Of a stretch of 64,000 bases of DNA, positions 53,554 through 64,000 are shown in pieces. A program made the position numbers and the translations under genes. Numbering within the stretch: the stretch's first letter is position 1; every line of letters begins with the position of its first letter. The notes under the pieces are model-generated. The model worked only from the letters and a program-made list of their open reading frames with translations. It ran no database searches and was not told the origin of the DNA. This DNA is from Tubiluchus corallicola (lineage: Eukaryota; Animalia; Priapulida): positions 1 through 64,000 of the forward strand of contig JAQGDQ010000776.1 of assembly GCA_030141605.1 (NCBI GenBank), in the 5' to 3' direction.

Positions 53554-54939
53554 TGTGGTGAATAAATTTATAAATCGATGATTTTCGATATTTTGGTATA
53601 AGGTTGCCTGCCTCCCTGATTGCATGAATAAATTTACAGATAATGCAATAAGAAACTCACTCAGCTGAAAGCCCGGATTTAATGAACTGTAAACAGCGTA
53701 GGTTGTCAGAACTAAAAATAGCGTTTACGTCAGGACACTCTAAGATGCTTAAGATAATTAGCTAACATTAAGTCGAGACGGATGTACCGTTCATAATGAG
53801 CGTTATGCACAAATTGCTAGTAATTAACAAAACTCTGCGAGGTCATTGTTTTTTGAAGAAAGAACACGGATACGTTTTACGGGCGTATAATGACTGCGTC
53901 TTCAAAACTTGTCCCATAAATTTTGATACCTCATGCGACGTTTTAAATGTTGCATGCTATGTTGCAATTGTGGAAGGTTACTGCAAGGTTACTCCAACGA
54001 AATATAAGCCCCGAGTTCGAATAACTCAGGGCTAGTTCCAGCCAGTACATCTCGAAAAGTACTGGAACAAGACACGTGCTGTGTGTGTACGGGAAATCAC
54101 ACGGAGGGCTGTTCGATCAACAAGACAACTCCTGAAGTTCAGCGTAGACATCTTTCTGCGTTCCTAGGATACTCTGGGCACTGAGCAACGGAAGTCTTAT
54201 ATCAGCTATCGGAATTGACCAGATTGTACTAGGTACATTGGGTCAAATCCGCAGAGTTAAGTAATCTTAACATATTGGTAAAACTGAGAATTAACTGTGC
54301 ATATCGTTAGTAGTTCGTATAAGTTCACATTGTACTATAGTGAGGATAAGTGTAAAGTATACACCTTAGGTGATAGGAATTAGGAATTGAAGAATTGTTC
54401 AGAGAGATACTTTTGGGAAGCTAACAAAATAGTTGTGAGCGTCAAAAGCGCTTAAGGACTAAATCTTGTAAGATATACTTAAGCCGTAATTATTGTAAAT
54501 CAATAAAACAATTCTCTTTGACATTTAAAGTGTGAGTTAATGTATGTTATCAGTGTTTAACTCAAGCAACACTATTTCCGATATACGAATCTGATTAGTT
54601 CGCTTTGAATTAACTATCGTCCATATTGCGGGGGCGTAGCTAGGAAACTTGAGAGATATAGACCTTTTCTCACAACGCGAAGGTCAAGGTGAAGTTTAGA
54701 TAAGACGATCATTGCTTACTAGACTGATATCCAAAGCTCTCGGAGTCAGGTGAAGGATTCACCTTATAGCATTTACGAGTTAAGCGGACATATTAAATTC
54801 AATCTATACGATACATAGATTTAAGTCACCTTACACTATATGATCTAGATTAACAGAAACATTAGGCATTTTAATTTAAGAAGGTGATATTTGTATACCA
54901 TAAAAGAAGTTATTACATTCAACGTCAGAGTCCAATACA
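53554..54939 (+). mobile_element. Solo LTR-like unit A
   Basis: TGTGGTGAATAAATTT...ATACA; TATAA at 54003, AATAAA at 54502; homologous to units B and C. Confidence 0.7.
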
Positions 54940-54941
54940 CA

Positions 54942-57439
54942 TGTTATGAATAAATTTCGGAAAATGAATTTCGGTAAATATTAATTGAGTTATCAGATGA
55001 ATTTGATTCAGATGATAAACTCGCGCCTCCCTGACTTTGTCAAGGAAATTTATACAGATTGAATAGGAAACTCACCCAGCTGGCGCTAGAATTTAATGAG
55101 TTAAAATTGTCACACGATAGTAGAAGGACAGATGTAGAATTCGATAAGACACTGTTGTTTAAGCAGTATGCATGCAGAGTAGAAGACAATAAGTAGAAGG
55201 TCACTAGCGATTATGTGGTGAATAAATTTATAAATCGATGATTTGGTAATAAATCTCATGCCTCCCTGATTTTATAAAATAAATTTATTGATCGATGTAA
55301 GAACTCACCCATCTGACACGCCCGGATTTAATGAGCTGTAAAAGCGAAGGTATATCTGTGAGAAATGTAAGATTTATCGTTTGCTTTAAGGCCACTAGGA
55401 TGCTAGGAGCAGTTAGGTAATGTTAGGTGTGGACCGAAATGTCATTTGTTATAGCTATATGCATAGTTACATATAATTAACAGAAACTCTGCGAAGGTAA
55501 CTGTTTTTCGTTGAAAAGAGGATTGATAGTCTTTACGGGTGTTGGCGACGTCAAGGACAGGAAGTTCTGAAGGAACTTGCCGACATAAAGAAATTCGAAG
55601 TCCACCCTGCTGACCATAAATCGTAGTCAGGGATATCCGATGATGTCACCTGTCGCCTGATTGCGTGCGACGCAAATTACGCAAGGTCAGCTCTTCGGGA
55701 ATATAAGCTCTGAGTTTTAGGAACTCAGCGCTCTTTCAATCGGACATTCAGTGGAAGAGACACGCTAGTGTGCGACACGAAGTCACACACGTATCAGAGG
55801 AGAATCTGACAGGGAACTGAGACAGCATCGTTCGATTCCAGCGTGGACATTTCTGCGTTCTCAGCGATAGACTGAGCACTGGACAACGAGAGTCTCATAT
55901 TATCAACTGGAGTAGACCAAGTGTACGGGGTGCATTGTGGTCAATCCGCAGAGTTAAGTAATCTTAACGCATTTGTAACTGAGAGTAACTGTGCATAACT
56001 GTAGTTCACATGAGTTCACATTGTATCATATTATGAATTTCACATTGTAATGCGAAGAGCACCTTAAGTGCTATATTGGAGGAATTGTCAAGTGAAATAC
56101 TTAAGAGACTTTTGGGAGCTATACATTAATTGTAAGCGTCACAAGCGGATAAGGACGAATCGTGTAAAGCTACCTAGGAGAAGTACCTTTTGTAAACCAA
56201 TAAAGTTAGTTCACTTTGACATATAACGATTGAGTTTATGTATGATATAAGTGTGTTCAGAGTTAAGCAACACTATATCCGTGATACGAATCTGACAGGT
56301 TCGCATTAATTAACTAACGCTCGATTGCGGGAGCGGTGCTCGGAAGCTTGAGGGAAGTAGACCTTCACTCACAACGCAAAGGTCGAGGTGAAGTCTTGAG
56401 AGTTAAGATTATCGCTCGATAGACTAATATCTAAAGCCCTCGGAGCCAGGTGATGAAATTGCCTTGCAGCAAATAGATAATAAAGCGAACATATTAAATT
56501 AAAATACAATCTATATAATATATAGATATAAATATATAAATCACTTCGCACTATACGATCGAGATAAACAGAAAACGATAAGTACTAAAAAGGGAAAGTG
56601 ATAATTAGTTGTCGCGTGCAGGGAAGATAATTAAAAGAGCCAAGGTAGTATCAGTGCTCATCGAACATTAAAATGAAATCAGAAGTTGTGCCGCCCAGAT
56701 GGTGCGGAAGAAGTCAAACGGCGGAATTTAGGAACAGTCATTATTGGTTATAAAATCAGAAAGTGAAAGAGTTAGCCGCTGTCCAGGAGGTAGAGTGTTG
56801 CCAGATGGTGCAATACCACGAAGGTCAGACTTTTGAGATATAAACTCAGGAAAAATATTCCAACGACACACAACGGGGTGACGTGAGAGTCACATACGCA
56901 AGGAGGGAAGTCTGACAGTGGTTGCTGCCATATCGTGTTGTGTCCGGGACATCTTCTGAGAGATAGAAGCAACGTTGGCCCAGCGTGGAGGAACAATCTA
57001 CGTACTTAGCATAGACTGAGCACTGGTGCTACGTAGTCTCGATAGGAAACAGGGATTTGGCCAATAGCAGTGGTACATTGGCCAATCCGCAAGTTAAGTG
57101 TTTTAACTTATCTATTTTGTATTTTGTATCTGATACAGTTGTAACCGAAATGTTGTATGAATTAAGCACGTTCAGTGCATCATACCAATATCGTAGATCA
57201 GTAAGTAGATAGCATCTTCTCTGGAGCTAGACATTAGTTGTAAACGCCCACCGGCATATAAGGGCAAATCTTGTATTGGAACCAGAGGTGATTAAATTGT
57301 AAACTGTAAAGTTCAATAAAGTCTATTCGCTAAACTACTATAAGTCGTCGGTAAACTACTATAAACTGTTTCTAAAACTGTTCGATACCAATATGCCCAA
57401 CATCATTATACGATTATTAGCCTTTTACTACTCTCAACA
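54942..57439 (+). mobile_element. Solo LTR-like unit B, split by unit C (54942-55213 plus 56668-~57439)
   Basis: Start TGTTATGAATAAATTT shares GCCTCCCTGA / AACTCACCCA blocks; TATAAA at 56839, AATAAA at 57315; right end uncertain. Confidence 0.55.
55214..56667 (+). mobile_element. Solo LTR-like unit C nested in B
   Basis: TGTGGTGAATAAATTT...GAACA with TTA on both sides; TATAA at 55702, AATAAA at 56199; colinear with unit A throughout. Confidence 0.7.
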
Positions 57440-58456
57440 AACGATGTTTGTGAGGTGGCGAAATTTTTGCTCTAGCACATTTAAAGTCGCAAAGCACTTT
57501 CTGCTTTAGTCTGGCTTTGATGATACACACGTTTTCGATATCGAGTTGACAAACGTGGGACAATATGCGGCCCAAAATGTGTAATTAAAATCCGTTAAAA
57601 GCACGGAATTGAAAAAAAAACAAATTAAAAAATCTGCATTAAAACAAAAACTCTTATTACCATGCTTCATTGGATTTTAAGACTTAACTGGATCTCCAAA
57701 TAGTGCACAAAACATACTGAAAAGTAAACTGTTACCAAACAAATGACTTAGATATTATTTCTATTACAGCAAATATAATTTGAAAAATCATACAATTTAT
57801 TTAAACATACAAAAGCGTTGTAATACTGAGTGTAATGAAATAACAGATAATTATAAAATTTACTGCAAATACGGTATCGATTGAATAAAAATTTTTGTGA
57901 ACAATTTCGACTGTGTATGTTTTAAGGCAGTCTGCCTAACAAACTTAAAAGTGATCTTGAGATAATTAGAGCACGTGTGATAAAGTACAACTGTTCTATA
58001 TTAATGGTAATAAATGAAATAATACGTGTGTTATAAAAACAAACTATTTTACTAATGTTTGAGTCAACTATGTACATATAACACAAGTTATGAAGTGAGA
58101 AAAAAGATACAAACAGAAATATTTGTATTTTATACTTGTGCTTGAAAGTTTGTGCAAAAATTAAAGAACACGTAATTTACTGATCACGTTGCTTTAACTG
58201 AAAGAGAGAAAATTAAAAACAAACAATAAGCCTTGCATGTGCCTTTTATATTAGCAATATACTCTGTTACCCCCGCTTTCCTATGTATGTACCTACATGT
58301 ATGTCTATCTACTTTTATTGCCAATATATCTACTCGTTCAAGAAATTCCCAACATGATAGAATTATTGTTCAGTACACTTGCCATTAAGTTATACAGGCA
58401 CTTGCTTTCAAAAACACATGACAAAATCTAAGTCAGATTTGCAGTTCAGCAATCTT

Positions 58457-58840
58457 TCACAGTAGCGCTTTACTTTCAGGAGGTGCTCTGATCATTGTGA
58501 AACAATCAGTGTTCAACTCAAAAGTCACATGGTTCACAGGAATGATTTCAGCAGGGCACATTCCATACTCTCGATGTGATTCTAACAACGACACATTTGC
58601 AAAAGGTATGCCACACAAACATGTACGGAAAATGTGCTGATCTACTAGATGTTGCCGTAGCTCAACCACTCGTTTGAAAGATGTTTGACAAAGTTTACAC
58701 AAAAACTGATACTGACATTCGCAGAGGTCTTCTGGCTCAATGGCGTAGAAGTTACCATCAGAGTAAATCTTGCCACAGGAACGGCACAGCTGAGTCTGAT
58801 GAATGAACGTGGACCTAGTTTGTGGTTTCGCACAGGCCAC
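58457..58840 (-). CDS. Zinc-finger gene B, terminal exon
   Basis: Acceptor ttatctag|GTG; CKLCQTSFKRVVELRQHLVDQH, CLCGIPF...LESH; ends at TGA. Confidence 0.7.
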   Translation of the reverse strand: MACAKPQTRSTFIHQTQLCRSCGKIYSDGNFYAIEPEDLCECQYQFLCKLCQTSFKRVVELRQHLVDQHIFRTCLCGIPFANVSLLESHREYGMCPAEIIPVNHVTFELNTDCFTMIRAPPESKALL

Positions 58841-60174
58841 CTAGATAAGTAAAATGGGAAAAATTAAGATCAGAAAATTAAGAATCAACAGTAAGTTGGT
58901 TTGCTCAAAGCTTGACAAGAACATTAGTTAAGTTATATGTTTAAGTTGCAGATGTGGCACAGTGGTCTAGTTTTAAAACTATATTCAAAGTGTTTCTGCC
59001 CTTTTTTAGGGTCAATGCTATACAGAGTTCGTGTCGTGCTTACCGGGTTTCAAAGTGCCCCAAAAGAAGCATGCTACAGGGTTACAGCTGGTTCAAACCC
59101 TCCTGATATACTAGTTAATCTGGTAAATTCTGTCCCAGACACTTCAGGCAGGATTCATACCCAAACAAAAGAATTGCATGTTGTGCAAAAGATGTGTACA
59201 CCTTATGCGCTGCATTTAAAACAGCATACCTACAGCTCTTCTAAGACCCTCTGGAAACAAAAAGATTATAATTAGGGATTGTCATGCTACCTATGCCCTT
59301 TAGAGTATGTTTATTTTTTCAGTATTTGATCATCACAGGGCAACATTATAATCAACACATTTCTTCAAGTCTTTTAGCATTTTTAGCTGACACTTGTCCA
59401 CATTGGCCATTACTGTTGATGCAGTACACAACACCGGCTCTACACCAACATTAACGACAAACTTTTTGCACATTTTCAAAATGACAGAAAGGCAGAACTA
59501 AATTTTTGCAAAATTTCACCTTTTAATTTAATTTTTCGATAATGTTAAAGTTTCTTATGTATATCTAAAATAGCCAAGAATTCATTTATTATCCCAAATT
59601 TAATCACAAACCTACTGGCTTCACTGTTTTGCACTATGCTAATATTTTCGCTTTGAGCTTAAGATAAGTAAACTACTAAAAGAGACAATACAGTTGATCT
59701 TGACATTGACATTCAAGGTCGCTTTTCACTAGGGAGTTAATAATGCATATAATTTATACCAATGCGCATTATTATATCTCAAGGCTATTTATCTGAAACC
59801 AAGCCAAAAAAGCTTGTTACACTGGTCATGCAACACTATCAGATGAATGGTCATATGAAGCTCTTGATTTTGACTTTGAAACTGATGGTCAATAAGGTGT
59901 TAGGCTGAAAAACATAATGAAAATTTCACGTTATACTTTTGAGTCATCTGTTGGTAGTGATAGGAGGGAGAACATCACTATGGTCCTTGGAAATTATGTT
60001 GACTTACCTGAAGGGGTTGGTAGAATACTACCACTGTGTGTTAAGCCAAAATTTGGCTAGTAGGACTGACTTCCAGCAGTGCTGTATAGTTAGTATTTTT
60101 GTTTCTTTATCATACCAGCTGTATATGTACTCTACAAACATCTTTAAAATAATTCGTGCTAAAATTAAGCTCAC

Positions 60175-61078
60175 CCTTTTCTCTGGAAAAATTCCTGACA
60201 TCTGTCCGCCAGGAAATGCAGAAAATGACTGACAACCCATGTTTGAAAATGGCTCCTCATTTCTTTCAGAGCAGCTAGTATTGACACTATCACACGAAAC
60301 CATCTCAGTCTTAGATTGTTTAAGTTCACTGCTTTTAGTGGCCACTTGGCAATTTGGTACATCATCAAAATTATCACAATCACTAGATTCATCCTTATCC
60401 ATGTTCAAGTTTCTCATGGTGTTTTCTGTTTCTGTGTAGTTCCCAAAATCCTCCACAGTTTCATATTCTGTTTTTATGTTAGTTTTGTTTGTCAGGATGT
60501 TCTCAATTTTTTTCGCAATAAACCCGCTCAGTTTTTTGTCTAGAACATTTCTAACTGCAACAATCTGGTCACTTTTGGTTAATGTTGCACTAGTTATAAT
60601 GCTCCTCAATGTTGCAAAAGGTGCATCAGTACTTTCATCTGGCTGAGTATGGCTAACTTCTGGGATGCTTTCATATTTGAGGTTTGTCTTGGCAAGTGAC
60701 TGTCGCTGGCACATGGTCTCATTGTTTACTTGATCGTTGGCATGCTCCCCTTCATTGTTGGGGTAAATAGTAGGATATCCATGAAAACGAATGCATTGTA
60801 GCATGTGTGCACGTACTTGCTTAGCAGAAGTGTAGCATTTAGCTTTCTTGCAGCCTGTGCAATGCACAGGTCTATCCCGATGGGAACTGTCCACATGTCT
60901 CTCAAACCATTCCCATTTTTCATACCGTAAACCACACAGACAATAGTACTTGGTGACTCGTTCATCGTTTGTTTTATTTCCTGACGTGTTTACTTTTGAC
61001 TTTAATAAACCTTTTTGAACCTGAAATGCTTTCTTCGAAAATGCTGTTTTTCGCTTGCCGCAAACATGGTTTGCTAAC
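60175..61078 (-). CDS. Zinc-finger gene B, internal exon
   Basis: Acceptor cattttag| (phase 2, LANHVC completes a finger); CLCGLRYEKWEWFERHVDSSH, CTGC...H; donor AGG|GTGAGC, phase 0, matches 58840. Confidence 0.72.
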
Positions 61079-61479
61079 CTAAAATGGTAAAAGGTAAATG
61101 ACAACAGCGCGAAAATAAAGTTTTACAGACCAACTTCCTGTAGCCACTGCTGGTATCAAAACTTGACAGCAACTGGATTGAAACTTTGTCTAAGCGTGAT
61201 AAAATTTTGCAATAAAACTATCATTTGGAAAACTTAACTTTAAACAGAAATAAACTATCTACAACAGCCAGAGAAGAATTAAATCACCATAAGCATCACA
61301 TTGAACGGTAGATGCTTTTGACCAGTAACAGAGTTTGTCTTAAATATTGCAGCATTATTCACAATAGTGGAGTATGGTAGTCACCATTCCTAGTGCAGGC
61401 CTACTAACAACATTAACACGAAATAACATTTAATTTGAACTAGATCAAGTTAGTAAAATAATTGGTGAGCTAATTGCAT

Positions 61480-61808
61480 TTTGCTTTTTGTTCCCAGGAA
61501 GCTAACCGTCGCTGTTCGGACAGGGCGTTTTCTCACGTCTATGTGTCTATCTGTGTGCTTATCCTACAATAAAATCAGAATGGATGAAGCCATTATCGCA
61601 AACTAGGTTATTGCTAAGAACAGCGATAGGATGGGGAAGGCTCGGAAAGCAAAACCCCGTTGTCTTTTGGTTCATAAGTCAGTAGATAAGGTGAGAAGAT
61701 AAAAATGTCAAAAGTAAAATGGACGAATCTATAATAACCAAACTAGGGATAGTGAGTTAGTGATAGATCTGGCCGGTGCCTTTATTGAGCGCCATCTATA
61801 GTTATTTC
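61480..61808 (+). mobile_element. Possible Helentron/HINE-like non-autonomous element
   Basis: T-rich start, eroded GTCT-type run, 3' hairpin ATAGATCTGGC...GCCATCTAT followed by AGTTATTT. Confidence 0.3.
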
Positions 61809-62062
61809 TAAGTCGAAATTAACCGCGATGTATTCATCTACACTTTCTTCTAAGGCGTCTGTGAAGGAAACTGTCATAGTTAATGGGATTTTATTATTAT
61901 TAACTTAATGTCCTCACAGATGGCACTAGCCTCTGTATTTTCACTTTAAGCATTTCAAAGTACTTCAAAGCTGACGTTGTTGTTTGTATGATATAACTTA
62001 AAATAAAGTATACTGCCTACTCTCTACTCTACTCAAGAAACCCAAAAAGCCAAAATATGTAC

Positions 62063-62303
62063 AGCTGCCGCTTGGAGAAAGTCTCTCCGCACGCCTTGCG
62101 TATGAATCGCTGACATTTCTTCAACTTGTGCACAGTTGACAAATGTCGTTTCAAATTCTGAGAACGGTAGAATCTATGTCGACATAGATAGCATTCGTGA
62201 ATCATATCATCTCCGCGAGTATATCATGTCTTTCAAGTGTATCCTGGCGAAAATGCCGCAGACATTTTAAACACTTCCTCAACGTGGGCCTTTCTTTTCC
62301 CAT
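62063..62303 (-). pseudogene. Zinc-finger gene B, first exon with a 1-bp frameshift (paralog of 51297-51544)
   Basis: MGKERPTLRKCLKCLRHF..., frameshift near 62216, then ECYLCRHRFYRSQNLKRHLSTVHKLKKCQRF; aligns with the gene A exon. Confidence 0.7.
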
Positions 62304-63506
62304 TTGACAAAATAATTATTCTAACAGGAGAAAACTGTTGCCAACACAGCCAAAAAACTGTATAAGTGATACATAACTCGCACTAGACTGAAGTCATTGA
62401 AACCATTAGACCGAGATGCTTTGTTACTGTATCTTAGTGTATTGAATGGTATTTGAATTTTACCGAAAGGTCTACATCAACGTGATTAACGAAAAACGCC
62501 ACGAAACACAGAGTGGCACATTAGGTCAGTCACCGAATGGTAAACTGTAGCGAAAAATCATCGAATGTATAAATACTGAAAGAAAACCGTTCAAAAAATA
62601 TTGTTTCTTCGAGAATGATTAACGTTAGTTATAAGAATGACTTATCGTTAGTTAGATGGACATAGATCCCCTACATCTCGGAAACGCGTCGCACTGTATC
62701 GCCCCCCCCCCCCCCCCGCCGCAGTTCAGTTTTACTACTCTGTTGTGAGCCGGGTGTTGGCATAACAGCAAGCATGGAATTTAAGTTTTTGCGAGCGAGT
62801 TGGTGTAAAGTTGGTCAGTACTGAACAATAGAGCTGTAGTTCAATTTTCGCTTTTGTAAACACGTGCTAACATGCTCTCGAAATATTTTTGCCATTTGAA
62901 AATCGTGTTCAGTTGTGACGTCATCGTTAGCTGTGTTCGCCGCCTGTTAATTCAGTTTTTATTTTAATGTTTAATTATCAAAAACATTTTGCTACTGTTA
63001 TAGGTTGTAAAATATATAGTTTTTGCCATAGTTCAAAATGGAATAGGACCTGAAAAATCATCCTGCCTTCCTTTAATTAAAGCAAAACCGGACCCAATTT
63101 TAAACTGTAGCTCAAAACAATCTACTCTTTAAAATATTGAAAGGAAACATGCTAAGTGCGACTAAACGGTAGCTGGTGTTCAAGAGTTCAAGGTCAGGTA
63201 CGCCTACGTCTACTGTCACATGTCAATTTTGACTATGTATAAAATATATAGGAAAGTAGATTAAACGCGAATTATGTTTATTTTACTCCGCGCGTTCTAT
63301 ATAAATTCTAGCTTAAATACAAAACGTCTAGGTAACGTTTGAAAGTGTTGCGGCAAAAACACATTTCATACAGTTGTCGGAAATCGAAATGCATAGGTAT
63401 TAATCCGTGTTAATTATTATATAAAAGAATACATGTACGGATTTTATAAAATGTCTGGATTTTGCACATTGCCTTTAACATGCTATTTTTCGAGTCAATG
63501 ATAATT

Positions 63507-63742
<236 letters not shown>

Positions 63743-64000
63743 TAATCACATTAATCACTTTAATATCATCACATTTTCCATCATAAAACTTTATCTAGTT
63801 CTCAAGTTGTGATTTGTAATATTATGAAAAATAATGCTGATATTAATAATATAATAATTAATTACAGTTCGACCAGCTTGTTAATTTGCGAGAGTTGATA
63901 ATTAACTGGCTGACTGCATTGATTAGAACCTTGGACGGTTCTATATATTAGAAGTATTATAAAAAAAAAAAATAATGAAAAATAAAATAATAAAATTGTA

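Overview
AT-rich animal (invertebrate-type) genomic DNA with spliceosomal GT-AG introns, so most of the supplied prokaryote-style ORFs are artefacts. Layout: (1) 1-~14.3 kb is a tandem satellite of ~429-455 bp monomers (~32 copies, continuing off the left edge) that fades into diverged copies up to ~15.1 kb. (2) An L2-type LINE remnant and a small spliced minus-strand ORF follow. (3) 18019-40106 (+) is a complete 18-coding-exon PERK/EIF2AK3 gene; a UPRE (TGACGTGGA) and CCAAT box lie upstream, and its introns carry a solo LTR with a 5-bp TSD, an RTE LINE, a SINE, MITEs and degenerate hammerhead-like motifs. (4) 41818-46493 is a decayed Ty3/Gypsy (Mag-like) retrotransposon with ~80-bp LTRs. (5) 47.3-51.6 kb holds a 21-bp CRE-like array, compound microsatellites and a candidate minus-strand zinc-finger gene in which a 64-bp repeat may supply frame-setting microexons for a (PATT)n exon. 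(6) A LINE fragment is interrupted by three stacked, related solo-LTR-like units (53.5-57.4 kb) that share TATA, a poly(A) signal and a covarying RNA structure. (7) A paralogous, frameshifted zinc-finger gene lies at 62303-58457 (-). All analysis was by eye; no searches or folding programs were run.
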